The notes: a model not told the origin generated them from the letters alone. A stretch of 64,000 nucleotides of DNA from Clostridia bacterium (GCA_017517325.1 JAFWZW010000013.1:23497-87496), one strand, 5' to 3'. Counted from the stretch's first letter, positions 1 through 9,371 are shown. Numbers and translations: made by a program.

Positions 1-387
1 ACGCTCCATAGCGCCGCAGATCCACGGGTCCTGAAAGATCAGAGCCTGACCCGCATTTTGAAAGATCAGGTAAATGGGGTTATCCCGCATGCCTTCGGGG
101 TCGATGCTGAAGTTGAAGCAAAGGCGAGTGACCTTCCCGTCGGGTGCGGTCTCGGCGCAATGATATACCCCTTGGGGGATCATGGCGATCATACCGGCCG
201 AGAGGGTAATGCGCTTTTCTTCCGTTGGAAAAAAGAGGGTCTCCTCCCCTTGATAGACGTAGTGGAACTCAATGAAAAAGTGCTTGTGGGGGCGCTCGTC
301 TACAAGGCTCCCTTGCTGAATGATATTGGGTGCCACGCGGATGTGAAGCTGATTTTTGTCAACCGCGGCGGAAAAAACGTAGGGCAT
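1..387 (-). CDS. AraC-family transcriptional regulator, N-terminal cupin/ligand-binding part (3' end outside window)
   Basis: Absent from the ORF track because it runs off the left edge. Reverse-strand ATG at 387 is preceded by AGGAGG (rc of 394-399). All 129 codons are open: MPYVFSAAVDKNQLHIRV..HKHFFIEFHYVYQGEETLFF..MIPQGVYHC, an AraC_binding-type cupin. Divergent from a catabolic-looking operon. Confidence 0.6.
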   Translation of the reverse strand, partial: MPYVFSAAVDKNQLHIRVAPNIIQQGSLVDERPHKHFFIEFHYVYQGEETLFFPTEEKRITLSAGMIAMIPQGVYHCAETAPDGKVTRLCFNFSIDPEGMRDNPIYLIFQNAGQALIFQDPWICGAMER

Positions 388-452
388 CGTACTGCCTCCT
401 GTGAAAACTTGAAAAAGGGGAACCGTAATCAAAAAAAGGTGCGCGAAAAGGA

Positions 453-482
453 TTGACATCGGAATTTGCAGAGTGGTACAAT
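453..482 (+). promoter_or_regulatory. sigma-A-type promoter of the SDR/aldolase operon
   Basis: TTGACA (453-458), 18-nt spacer, TGn-TACAAT (474-482), about 90 nt upstream of the 574 start. Confidence 0.55.
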
Positions 483-573
483 GTTCTTGCATTCCCAGTA
501 TAATCCTCTCCGAATGCTTTTGTCAAGGAGATGAAAAAAGGGGAAGTAAACTGAACTTATAAGGAGATTTCCA

Positions 574-1368
574 ATGAACGTAATGGAACTGTTGTCCCTG
601 AAGGGAAAGGTCGCTCTGGTTACCGGCGGAAGCGGAAAATACGGCAGTCAGATCACCGAGGCGCTGGCAGAAGCAGGCGCTACTGTCATCACGGCTTCCA
701 GAAGTCTTGAGAAAAACGAAGCCTTTGCTGCCGCTTTAAGAGAGAAGGGCTACGACGCATACGGCGAGACCTACGATCAGGCGGATGAGAGTACCATCGT
801 TGCCCTGAAGGATCGGATCCTGGAGAAATTCGGAAGGCTCGATGTTTTGGTGAACAATTCCGTGCTTCGCGGTCAGTTTACGGGCGGCTTCTTCGGGGAT
901 TCCGACGGCTTTGCCAGAAGCCTTGATATCAACGGGCGTGGTTTTTTCGTTATGACCCGTACCATGGGCACCATTATGGAAAAGCAGGGCTCGGGATCAA
1001 TTATCAACATTGGCTCTTATATGGGTATGCTCGGCCCCAATCAGAATCTTTATGCAGGCACCGGCGGCACTATGGGCGGCTGGGGCGGCGCCGATTACTA
1101 CTATCATAAGGGCGGTATGCACCAGTTTACCCGTTTTCTTGCCGCTTACTACGGTGAATTTAACGTTCGTTGCAATTGCCTTTCCTTGGGCGGTCTTTTC
1201 AACAATCAGCACCCCGCCTTCGTGGAGGAGTATTCCAAGGCCTGCTACATTCACCGCCTTGCCAATCAGGATGATATCAAGGGCATTATCGTTTACCTTG
1301 CATCTGATGCTTCCCAGTACACCACGGGCACCGTCATTCCTGTAGACGGTGGCTATTCCGCAAGATAA
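574..1368 (+). CDS. SDR-family NAD(P)-dependent oxidoreductase
   Basis: AAGGAG RBS 7 nt upstream. VTGGSGKYG glycine-rich motif, NNS, and YxxxK (YYYHK) catalytic motif. Confidence 0.85.
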   Translation: MNVMELLSLKGKVALVTGGSGKYGSQITEALAEAGATVITASRSLEKNEAFAAALREKGYDAYGETYDQADESTIVALKDRILEKFGRLDVLVNNSVLRGQFTGGFFGDSDGFARSLDINGRGFFVMTRTMGTIMEKQGSGSIINIGSYMGMLGPNQNLYAGTGGTMGGWGGADYYYHKGGMHQFTRFLAAYYGEFNVRCNCLSLGGLFNNQHPAFVEEYSKACYIHRLANQDDIKGIIVYLASDASQYTTGTVIPVDGGYSAR

Positions 1369-1380
1369 AAGGAGATTATT

Positions 1381-2178
1381 ATGAACGTTTACCACATGAG
1401 AAAAAGCCGTGTTCTGCGGCAAATGAGAGCGGGTAAGGTGGCTACCTGCACCAAACTGAATCTTTCCGATCCCAGATCTGCCGAGATCGCCGCTATGGCA
1501 GGGTTTGACTGCATCTGGATCGATCTAGAGCACGTACCCAACAGTATGACCTGTGTGGAGGATGCGGTGCGCGCCGCTAAATGCTACGACGTTGATGTGC
1601 TCACCCGCGTTTCCAAGGGCTGCTACAGCGATATCTGCCGCCCTCTGGAGGCCGATTCCACCGGCGTGATGGTGCCCCATCTGATGAGCCTTGCAGAGGC
1701 CAAGGAGATCGCGTATTTTACCAAGTTCCATCCCATCGGCCGTCGCCCCATTGACGGTGGCAACGCCGACGGTAAATACTGTATGGTAAAGGCCGCCGAT
1801 TATATCAAGGAAGCCAATGAAGAGCGCTTTACCGTGGTACAGATCGAAGATCCCGAGCCCTTGGCTGAATTGGAAGAGATCTGTGCTCTCCCCGGTATCG
1901 ATATGATCTTCTTTGGTCCTGCAGATTTCAGCCAGGGCATCGGCGATCCTTCGGGCAAGGATCCCCGCATTGATGAGACCAGAAGACTGGTTGCCAAAAC
2001 CGCCCGTAAATACGGAAAATTTGCAGGAACCGTAGGCGGTGCCGCAAACTTTGATGCTTTGGTAGAAATGGGCTATACCTTTATCAGCACCGGGGCAGAC
2101 GTGGTTGCCCTCTATCATTATTTCACCGACCTTGCAGAAAAAGTGCAGGGCAGAGACATTGCCGAGGTAAAGGAGTAA
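1381..2178 (+). CDS. HpcH/HpaI-family aldolase (2-keto-3-deoxy-acid aldolase-like)
   Basis: GGAG RBS. FDCIWIDLEH..VLTRV..VQIEDPE..IFFGPADF pattern typical of the HpcH/HpaI (YfaU/GarL-like) family. Starts 12 nt after the SDR stop. Confidence 0.75.
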   Translation: MNVYHMRKSRVLRQMRAGKVATCTKLNLSDPRSAEIAAMAGFDCIWIDLEHVPNSMTCVEDAVRAAKCYDVDVLTRVSKGCYSDICRPLEADSTGVMVPHLMSLAEAKEIAYFTKFHPIGRRPIDGGNADGKYCMVKAADYIKEANEERFTVVQIEDPEPLAELEEICALPGIDMIFFGPADFSQGIGDPSGKDPRIDETRRLVAKTARKYGKFAGTVGGAANFDALVEMGYTFISTGADVVALYHYFTDLAEKVQGRDIAEVKE

Positions 2179-2180
2179 AA

Positions 2181-3122
2181 ATGAAAAACACCGTCGTATT
2201 GGGAAAGAAGCTTCCCGCTATGTCCATCGGCACCGTTCAGCTTGGTATGAATTACGGCATTGCCAACGAAGGAGGCAAGCCCGATGAAGAAAAAAGCTTT
2301 GCGATGCTCCGCACCGCCTTTGAAAACGGTGCCGCCTCTCTGGATACCGCCCGTGCCTATGGAGATTCCGAGGAGGTGATCGGCAGATTCCTGAAGTCCT
2401 GGGGAGGGGAAATGCCTTATATCACCACCAAGACCCGCGTGGCAAAGGATCCTCATTGTGATATTGAAAAGCACGTAATCACCTCTATGGAAGAGTCCCT
2501 CATAAGACTGGGCGTAAAAAAGGTGGATTGTGTGCTTCACCACAATCCCATTGATATGTACGACCATCGGGAAAAGCTGGCGGCTGCTATGGAACGCCTT
2601 GTAAAGATGGGTTACACCGATCAGGTGGGAGTCTCCGTTTATACCCGGGAGGACGTGGAGGAAATGCTCCGCTACCCCCAGTATACCGCTACGCAGGTTC
2701 CTATGAGCATCTTTGATCAGAGGCTCATTGCATCCGGTACCGTGAAAAGCCTGAAGGAAACAGGGTATACCGTTTTCGTGCGCAGCGTGTTCCTGCAGGG
2801 CGTATTCTTCCTGGATCCTGATAAGGTCACCGATCCCATCCTGATAAAGGAAGCCGTTCCGAAGATCCGCCTGATCCGCGAGATCGCCGCGGCCGAAGGT
2901 ATGAGCGTGGCACAGCTTGCCATCGCCTTTATGAGGGATACCGTCGGCGTTACCAGCCTTGTATTGGGGGCTGATACCCCACAGCAGGTAAGGGAAAATA
3001 TCTCCTATTTCGACGCTCCCGCCCTTTCCGATTCCGTGATGACGCGTCTGCAGGCAGAATTTGCCAGTGTGGATATTCCCGAAATTATGAAGGTCCTTTC
3101 CAGACCCAAACCTCAAAATTAA
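2181..3122 (+). CDS. aldo/keto reductase
   Basis: Starts 2 nt after the aldolase stop. LGMNYG..SLDTARAYGDSEEVIG and C-terminal LVLGADTPQQVREN are typical AKR features. Confidence 0.8.
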   Translation: MKNTVVLGKKLPAMSIGTVQLGMNYGIANEGGKPDEEKSFAMLRTAFENGAASLDTARAYGDSEEVIGRFLKSWGGEMPYITTKTRVAKDPHCDIEKHVITSMEESLIRLGVKKVDCVLHHNPIDMYDHREKLAAAMERLVKMGYTDQVGVSVYTREDVEEMLRYPQYTATQVPMSIFDQRLIASGTVKSLKETGYTVFVRSVFLQGVFFLDPDKVTDPILIKEAVPKIRLIREIAAAEGMSVAQLAIAFMRDTVGVTSLVLGADTPQQVRENISYFDAPALSDSVMTRLQAEFASVDIPEIMKVLSRPKPQN

Positions 3123-3140
3123 GTGGAAGGAGAAAAGCAA

Positions 3141-4103
3141 ATGAATTTTCCTCTCGGAGATAAAGAGCTTCGCATCGGCATCCTCGGTATGACCGAGGGC
3201 AACGGCCATCCCTATTCTTGGAGCGCAATGTTCAACGGTTACAATAAAGAAGAAATGGAGACCTGCGGCTTCCCCGTGATCCCCCGTTATCTGGAACTGC
3301 AGCCCCCTGAAAAATTCGGTATTCCCGGTGCCAAGATCACCTGCATCTGCTGTACCGGCTATAAGGAAAGGGAAGAGGCAGAGCATATGGCGAGAGCCGC
3401 TCTCATTCCCACCGTCTACGACAGACCCGAAGAGATGATCGGCAACGTGGACGCCGTCATCGTAGCCACCGATGACGGAAACGAGCACGTGGAGCGTTGC
3501 CGCCCCTTTGTGGAGGCAGGCATCCCTATGTTCATTGATAAGCCCCTTGTGAACACCGAAGAAGACCTTCGCACCTTCGTGAAGTGGCGCAAGGAGGGGG
3601 CAAAGTTTATTTCCTCCTCTTCTCTCCGCTATAAGAAGGGCAACGAGATCCTCTATCAAAATCACTATGAATTCGGTAAGCTCTTCCACATTATTTCCAC
3701 GATGGCAAAGAAATACGAAACCTACGGCATCCACGCGCTGGAAGGCATTTATCCCTTCCTTGGCCCGGGCTTCGTTTCCGTGCGCAACACGGGTACCTAC
3801 GAGCACGCCGTGCTTCATATCAAGCATAAAAGCGGCTGTGACGTCAGCGTCATTCAGGGCATCGGTATGGCAGGCGCAGGTGTCATTTTGATGGGCACCA
3901 ACGCTTCCCGTCAGCTTGTGGACAGCGACTCTTACTATTCCTTTAAAAAACAGCTTGACGTATTCGTTCATTGGCTCCGCACGGGCGAAGAGCCCTTCCC
4001 CTTCGATGAGACCGTGGAACTGATGAAGCTGATCATAGGCGGTATCAGATGCCGCGAAGAAGGCGGCAGAGAAGTATTCCTTGATGAGATCAAGGCAGAC
4101 TGA
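3141..4103 (+). CDS. Gfo/Idh/MocA-family oxidoreductase
   Basis: The ORF track starts at GTG 3123. ATG 3141 has a GGAAGGAG RBS 7 nt upstream. N-terminal Rossmann LRIGILGMTEGNGH and VIVATDDGNEHVE..FIDKP. Confidence 0.7.
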   Translation: MNFPLGDKELRIGILGMTEGNGHPYSWSAMFNGYNKEEMETCGFPVIPRYLELQPPEKFGIPGAKITCICCTGYKEREEAEHMARAALIPTVYDRPEEMIGNVDAVIVATDDGNEHVERCRPFVEAGIPMFIDKPLVNTEEDLRTFVKWRKEGAKFISSSSLRYKKGNEILYQNHYEFGKLFHIISTMAKKYETYGIHALEGIYPFLGPGFVSVRNTGTYEHAVLHIKHKSGCDVSVIQGIGMAGAGVILMGTNASRQLVDSDSYYSFKKQLDVFVHWLRTGEEPFPFDETVELMKLIIGGIRCREEGGREVFLDEIKAD

Positions 4104-4113
4104 CGGCAATATG

Positions 4114-4147
4114 AAAACCCTCTCAATGCGTTTGAGAGGGTTTCTTT
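4114..4147. terminator. bidirectional rho-independent terminator between convergent genes
   Basis: Stem CCCTCTCAA (4118-4126) / TTGAGAGGG (4132-4140), flanked by an A-run and TTTCTTT. Confidence 0.7.
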
Positions 4148-4940
4148 ATGGTTGTAACGCAAGGGCCTGCATCCCCATTTGGCGGTAGCGCAGGGCGACC
4201 ATCTCCTTGGGATAGGTCACCGCGCACCCCTTCATAGGATCAAGCAGTACGTAGTTTTGTGCGTCGTATCCGATCAGGACCATACAGTGTTCGTTCTTTT
4301 GCCAGGTATAATATTTCCCGGAGGGCAGGTACCAGGAGGCACCCGGTCCGGTATCCGTCATTCCCATGGTGACCCATAGGATCACGGGAATATCCTTTGC
4401 TATGTAGTATTGCAATGATTCCGTTTCCGTTCCGGAAAGGTCAAGGATCTGCATTCTTCCAAGGGTGGCACTTTTCAGTGCGGTGGCAATGACGGGTGCC
4501 ATACAGCCGAAGGAGGTGGCATCCCGCGGGGATCCCACGAAGCTCTTATATGGGTCGGGCCCGTAAAGACGCCCTCCTGCCATACGGAAGGGCTCTCCCA
4601 AGGGCAGGTGGTGATCTACGAAATCGCCGATCTCCATTTCCATTCCCCAATAACGCAGGAGCATCACGGCGGCGGTGGCTTCGCACCCCGTTGGAAAATG
4701 GGGGTATTGATTTAAGGCTTCCATCCCCTCAATGCAATAGGAATCGAGCGGCTCCGCATCTGCTTCAGGCTCGGTCAAAGGCTCCGTTTCTGTGGTCAAT
4801 GGTTCCGTTTCCAAGGGCCTTTTTTTCACCTGACCCAAAACGGGTAAAAGCACTTCCCGTTCAAGTTTTGAGCCGCAGGAGGAGAGGGCAAAAACCGTAA
4901 GGCACAAGATCAGACAAAACGCCCGCTTCAGCCTCTGCAA
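4146..4940 (-). CDS. C39-like cysteine peptidase domain lipoprotein
   Basis: Signal peptide plus lipobox LSSCGS. YPHFPTGCEATAAVMLLRYWG (Cys) and HCMVLIGYD (His) match the Peptidase_C39_2-type pattern. The start overlaps the sigma gene by 13 nt. Confidence 0.65.
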   Translation of the reverse strand: MQRLKRAFCLILCLTVFALSSCGSKLEREVLLPVLGQVKKRPLETEPLTTETEPLTEPEADAEPLDSYCIEGMEALNQYPHFPTGCEATAAVMLLRYWGMEMEIGDFVDHHLPLGEPFRMAGGRLYGPDPYKSFVGSPRDATSFGCMAPVIATALKSATLGRMQILDLSGTETESLQYYIAKDIPVILWVTMGMTDTGPGASWYLPSGKYYTWQKNEHCMVLIGYDAQNYVLLDPMKGCAVTYPKEMVALRYRQMGMQALALQP

Positions 4941-5425
4941 GCTTGTGCCACCGGCTCGGTGGTTTCCAGCTTTTCCTTTAAAAGTGTGCGTCCCGTGCTC
5001 AGGCGGCTCTTCACCGTTCCTTCCGCGATCCTCAGGATCTGCGCCACTTCCTTAACGGAATACCCTTCCACGTAGTGAAGCAGGACCGTCGTTCGGATCT
5101 TAACGGGAAGGGAATCTAAAAGCGCCCCCATTTCCACGTCAGCATAAGGATTATCCCGCGAGGGGACGCTCTGGAGATACTCCGGGGCGTCTGCAAAGCG
5201 CTGTTTCCGCCGTAGCTCCTTGTAGCATACCCGAACCAGTATGCGTAGGAGCCAAGGCCCAAAGGCATCGGGATTTTTCAGGGTCTCTCGCTTTTCAAAA
5301 GCGATGAGAATGGCATCGTGCACTGCGTCCTGTGCATCGGCGTAGTTTTTTAAAATCGACATGGATAACCGATACAGCCTATTCTCGTTTTTCAGTACCA
5401 GTTCCTCAAAAAGCTTGTTTTCCAT
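4928..5425 (-). CDS. ECF-type RNA polymerase sigma-70 family factor
   Basis: Region 2 (DAQDAVHDAILIAF..W) and region 4 HTH (YSVKEVAQILRIAEGTVKSRL). TAATG stop/start overlap with the upstream gene. Confidence 0.85.
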   Translation of the reverse strand: MENKLFEELVLKNENRLYRLSMSILKNYADAQDAVHDAILIAFEKRETLKNPDAFGPWLLRILVRVCYKELRRKQRFADAPEYLQSVPSRDNPYADVEMGALLDSLPVKIRTTVLLHYVEGYSVKEVAQILRIAEGTVKSRLSTGRTLLKEKLETTEPVAQACRG

Positions 5426-6828
5426 TATTTCGTAACCTTGAAGGTGCTCAGTTCCATTGTGTGATCATGGCCATTCTTGCAGGTAAGATAGGCCTGATCC
5501 AGAAGTCTTTCGTCACAGCGGTAACCGATGGTGATCGTTTTGGTCTCGCCTGCTTTCAGGGTAATGCCTTTACGGCGCTGTTTACCGGTGGCGCCGTCGG
5601 CGTTGCGGGAGAGATACATAAATTCATCGCGGTCTGCATTCCGATCGTTGAGCAGCGCCATGGATTTGATCAACTTCCCTTTTTCATCCGTATCATAAAA
5701 ATTAAGTTCAAAGCCGGTGGAGGCATCAACGTCCTCGTCGGTGTGATTGGTATAGGTCACCCGGAAGAGAATATATTTCTGCTCGTAGGGATTGGATTCC
5801 ACGAAGAGATCCACAGTGTTGACACGGTCACCCGGGATCCATACGTCGCTGATACGGGGGTAGAGCTTGCCTTCGGCATCCACGTAATCGCTGTATTCAA
5901 GCCAAGATTCCGTTTCATAATTGTAGCCGTAGCCCAAGAATTCATTGGGCACCAGATCCTTTACGTTATCAAGGACCTCAAGGCTTTCCATTTTAGCGGT
6001 GATACTTTCGTTTCGCGTGAATTCTTCCCCGATCTCCTTGAAGATCAGGTCCTTACCGATCACCGTTAAATACGGATTTTCGGCAGGGCTGGCCGGGAAG
6101 GATTCAGCCTTATATTCCGTGGAAAAGGGCGTGTTGTTTTCGGGGGTACCCTCGATCACGCTGATTCCTTCCAGGGCACGGATCATATCTTCCATCGGGA
6201 TCTTCATATTCACGTAGCAGGTGACCACGATGTTGACGTCTTCATACATCATCAGCACGCGTCGTAAATGATAAGAGCCTGCAGGCTCGATGATAATGGC
6301 CTCGTGCCCACCGATGTTGGTTTTTTGATAGGAGCCTACCATGGTGTAAAGCTCTTTATTTTCGGGGCGGCTCAAGAAAAAAGAATAGCCGTTGGCGGAA
6401 GGGTTATCCACAGGATACCATTTGATATCGTCGGCGCGGGGATCCCACGGGGTCTCGGGGTATAGCTCCGCTTCGTATTCCGCCCGATCCCGATATCCTT
6501 CAATGGGTGTCACCACAAGCTTTACAAATTCCGGCCCTTTGTTCGCAGGCTCTGCCGTTTCGCTTTGGCCCGGCTGAACCAGGTTCAGATCAAAGGCGTA
6601 TTTCCCGATGGTCTCGGGTACAAGGCTGGGCTCGTCTTTGGTGCCCAATACGTTGGGGAACATTACGGGGGTCAAAACCAAAAGCAGTAGGGCCGCCACT
6701 GCCACACCGGGTACCAGAATGGGAACCCGTTTCTTTGCTTTGGGCGCCTGCGCTTCGGCAAGGGCGTCTTCCAAGGCGGTGTGAAACCCGGCAGGGGTAG
6801 GCTTGAAGAGATCCGTTTGTTTTTTCAT
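5425..6828 (-). CDS. single-pass membrane protein, DUF4367-like extracytoplasmic domain (possible anti-sigma partner)
   Basis: About 35-aa cytoplasmic N-terminus, TM helix VPILVPGVAVAALLLLVLTPVMF, and a large external domain (GGHEAIIIE motif). Translationally coupled to the ECF sigma. Confidence 0.5.
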   Translation of the reverse strand: MKKQTDLFKPTPAGFHTALEDALAEAQAPKAKKRVPILVPGVAVAALLLLVLTPVMFPNVLGTKDEPSLVPETIGKYAFDLNLVQPGQSETAEPANKGPEFVKLVVTPIEGYRDRAEYEAELYPETPWDPRADDIKWYPVDNPSANGYSFFLSRPENKELYTMVGSYQKTNIGGHEAIIIEPAGSYHLRRVLMMYEDVNIVVTCYVNMKIPMEDMIRALEGISVIEGTPENNTPFSTEYKAESFPASPAENPYLTVIGKDLIFKEIGEEFTRNESITAKMESLEVLDNVKDLVPNEFLGYGYNYETESWLEYSDYVDAEGKLYPRISDVWIPGDRVNTVDLFVESNPYEQKYILFRVTYTNHTDEDVDASTGFELNFYDTDEKGKLIKSMALLNDRNADRDEFMYLSRNADGATGKQRRKGITLKAGETKTITIGYRCDERLLDQAYLTCKNGHDHTMELSTFKVTK

Positions 6829-6931
6829 TTGTTCGATCCTTTCTTTGTTTGTTTTGGAACGACCGTTCTACTTATAAGAGCAAACAGAGGGCAAAAAGGT
6901 TCATTTTTTTGAAAAAACTTTTTAAAAACAC

Positions 6932-6957
6932 AAAAAGCAGTCATAGGACTGCTTTTT
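6932..6957. terminator. hairpin terminator downstream of the 6968-7696 gene
   Basis: GCAGTC (6937-6942) / GACTGC (6947-6952), flanked by an A-run and a T-run. Confidence 0.55.
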
Positions 6958-6967
6958 GTCAGATGTT

Positions 6968-7696
6968 TTAGTCACCCAAGCGAATGTTGATGCCACTTCC
7001 GCCGCCGTCGTTGTCGTTGTTGATATTAAGATAAGGGGTAAGGGCTTGTGCCGTTTGCACCAAGGGCATAGATTGAAGCCATACCTTGCCGGGCCCTGTG
7101 ACTCTGGTATGAAAAAGCCCTTCGCCGCCGAAGAAAATGTTCTTTGCGCCCTTGACGGTCTCAACGTCCATCGTGCAGGTTTCCGTCATAGCGGCAAGAT
7201 AGCCGGTGTCAATGACGATGCTTTCCCCCACGCCCAGGGTATATTCCTTGCAGTGCCCGTCTATTTCCAGAAAGATCATACCGCTTCCGCGGACCATCTG
7301 CATAATAAAACCTTCGCCGCCGAAAAAGCCCTTTCCCATTTTTTTCTGAAAGTAAACGGAAAGCTCCAGCCCCTTTTCCATAGCGAGAAATCCTCGCTTT
7401 TGTACGATGATCCCGTTCCCCGGGGTTACTTCAAAGGGAATAATAGAGCCCGGCAGGGAGGAGGCAAAGGCGATCATACCGCCACCGCCCAGCGCAGTAT
7501 ATTCATTGAGGAAGAGGGATTCACCGGAAAACATTCTTCCAAGCACTTTTTTAATACTTCCCCCTGAGGTGGTGTTCATTTGCATATTGGGGCTCATCCA
7601 ACTCATAGCGCCGCTTTCGGTGCAAAGAGTCTCACCTGCTTGGGGGTAACAGATCACAACGGGCAAATGACCGCCCTCAATTTCATATCGGATCAT
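6968..7696 (-). CDS. TIGR00266/AIM24-family protein (DUF124)
   Basis: MIRYEIEGGHLPVV..GETLCTESGAMSWMSPNMQM.. and a Gly-rich C-terminal tail, as remembered for the TIGR00266 family. Confidence 0.65.
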   Translation of the reverse strand: MIRYEIEGGHLPVVICYPQAGETLCTESGAMSWMSPNMQMNTTSGGSIKKVLGRMFSGESLFLNEYTALGGGGMIAFASSLPGSIIPFEVTPGNGIIVQKRGFLAMEKGLELSVYFQKKMGKGFFGGEGFIMQMVRGSGMIFLEIDGHCKEYTLGVGESIVIDTGYLAAMTETCTMDVETVKGAKNIFFGGEGLFHTRVTGPGKVWLQSMPLVQTAQALTPYLNINNDNDGGGSGINIRLGD

Positions 7697-7829
7697 AGTG
7701 ATTCCTCCTATTTTCTTGCTTTGAGTATAACGAAATACCTCTTTTTTGTCAATGAATCCGAGAAAATAGGGGCTTCCATTTTTTGGCTGATTGTGCTATG
7801 ATAAAGAAAACGAAAAGGGAGGAATCAAG

Positions 7830-8489
7830 GTGCCTTTTTTAGGAAACGATTGGGATCAGCTTTTGGCCGCGGAATGGGAAAAGCCCTATTTTAAAGATCT
7901 GCAGGCTTTTTTGGATGAGGAATACGCCACCCAAACCGTCTATCCCCCAAGGGATGAGGTGTTCACGGCCCTTCGCCTTACCTCCTTTGCGGATACCCGT
8001 GTGGTGATCTTAGGGCAGGATCCGTACCACGGTGCAGGTCAGGCACACGGCCTCAGCTTTTCGGTAAAGGATGGGGTCGCCCTCCCTCGTTCACTGCGTA
8101 ATATTTTCAAAGAATTGGAAGCCGATCTGGGCATCACCCCGCCCTCTTGCGGGAATCTTGTCCGCTGGGCAAAGGAAGGGGTCTTGCTTCTGAATACGGT
8201 GCTCACCGTGCGGGAGGGGGAGGCCGCCAGCCATCAAAATCGTGGCTGGGAGCAGTTTACCGATGCGGTCATTGACTGCTTGGATCAAAAGAGTACCCCC
8301 GTGGTGTTTCTCCTTTGGGGCGGTCACGCACAAAAAAGGGCGGTAAGGATCCAAAACCCGCTTCACGTAAAGCTTTCTTCGGCGCACCCCAGTCCCCTTT
8401 CTGCTTCCCGTGGATTCTTCGGCTGCCGCCATTTCTCACGCACCAACGCCATTTTGAAAGAAAACGGAATGAAGCCTATCAATTGGTAA
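7830..8489 (+). CDS. ung: uracil-DNA glycosylase (family 1)
   Basis: VILGQDPYHGAGQAHGLSFSV, LLLNTVLTV and HPSPLSA motifs. The ORF track starts at TTG 7791. In-frame GTG 7830 follows AAGGGAGG. Confidence 0.88.
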   Translation: MPFLGNDWDQLLAAEWEKPYFKDLQAFLDEEYATQTVYPPRDEVFTALRLTSFADTRVVILGQDPYHGAGQAHGLSFSVKDGVALPRSLRNIFKELEADLGITPPSCGNLVRWAKEGVLLLNTVLTVREGEAASHQNRGWEQFTDAVIDCLDQKSTPVVFLLWGGHAQKRAVRIQNPLHVKLSSAHPSPLSASRGFFGCRHFSRTNAILKENGMKPINW

Positions 8490-8519
8490 AAAGAAGCGAG
8501 CAAAGCTCGCTTCTTTTTA
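8488..8519. terminator. bidirectional terminator between ung and the DUF11 gene
   Basis: AGAAGCGAGC (8492-8501) / GCTCGCTTCT (8505-8514), with an A-run and a T-run. Confidence 0.7.
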
Positions 8520-9371
8520 GATGGTGCCGGTAACGGTGAGCACAGCGGTGCCTGGGGTGGTTTCCCATACGCCGCTTTCAGGGTTTTGGGTGAAGGTTGC
8601 AGCAGGAACGGTGATGACACCTGCCGCGGTGATAAATAAACCGCTGGCCTCGTTATAGCTGTATTCGGTGCCCTCCGTCAGGCTGTCTCCGTTGAGCGTT
8701 ACGATCAGATCCTGCAGAATGGGGTTGAAGGAATCCGTCACCACGGCGTTACCCGTAGCCTCTACGGGGCTGCTGCCGAAATTCTGGATCAGGAAGGTGT
8801 AGGTGACGCGGCTGTTTTCGGTCACCACCGAGGGGGATATGGTCTTGGTGATGGAGAGCCTTGCCGAGGAGGAAGGCAAAACGGTTGCCGTTGCCGTCAC
8901 CTCCTGCGTAATCCCCGATCCGGTTACGGTGGCGGTATTGACGATGCTTCCGCCGGCACCGGGAGGTGCAAATTCATTTGCCACGGCTTCGTAAAGCAAA
9001 AGAGCGTTGCCCCCTGCGGGAACGGTAATGCCGGAAAAGGTGAGAGGGGGACCCGCCGCCACGGTGGGAGCAGGCTGCAGAACGCCGCCGATGAACAATC
9101 GGGCGGAGCCCTCCTCGTAGGTCAGGGGTGTGAGCGTTTGGGTCCCTGTAGTGTAGGCACCCAGATCATCGCTAACGGTTACTCCGGTGATGGGCGCCGT
9201 TCCGGAATTGAGAATGCTGATGACGTACGTTACGTCCGACCCCGTACTGTAAGAGGGGGTGACCGCCGTTTTCGTGGCGGAGAGCACTTCCAGAAGCTCA
9301 CCCGTTGCCACGTTGGAATTGGTGGTAATGTTGTTGTAGGTCAGGGTTGCTTGATTTGTAAAGATTGCCAT
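8517..9371 (-). CDS. DUF11 (conserved repeat domain) protein, no signal peptide
   Basis: Start moved to ATG 9371 (AAGGAGT RBS); the ORF track gives 9431. Two repeats of the T.T...P....G..V.Y.I...N.G....V.V.D type (TIGR01451-like). Confidence 0.6.
   Translation of the reverse strand: MAIFTNQATLTYNNITTNSNVATGELLEVLSATKTAVTPSYSTGSDVTYVISILNSGTAPITGVTVSDDLGAYTTGTQTLTPLTYEEGSARLFIGGVLQPAPTVAAGPPLTFSGITVPAGGNALLLYEAVANEFAPPGAGGSIVNTATVTGSGITQEVTATATVLPSSSARLSITKTISPSVVTENSRVTYTFLIQNFGSSPVEATGNAVVTDSFNPILQDLIVTLNGDSLTEGTEYSYNEASGLFITAAGVITVPAATFTQNPESGVWETTPGTAVLTVTGTI

Noticed and set aside
58-456. 132-aa plus-strand ORF at the left edge
   Set aside because: It lies antisense to a better-supported reverse-strand ORF (1-387) that has an AGGAGG RBS and a clear AraC-type cupin sequence. 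The plus-strand product has no RBS and looks like low-complexity shadow translation.
2118-4109. 663-aa minus-strand ORF
   Set aside because: It is an antisense shadow spanning two well-supported plus-strand genes (AKR and Gfo/Idh/MocA). It has no RBS and a Gly/His/Ala-rich nonsense-like composition typical of GC-biased third positions.
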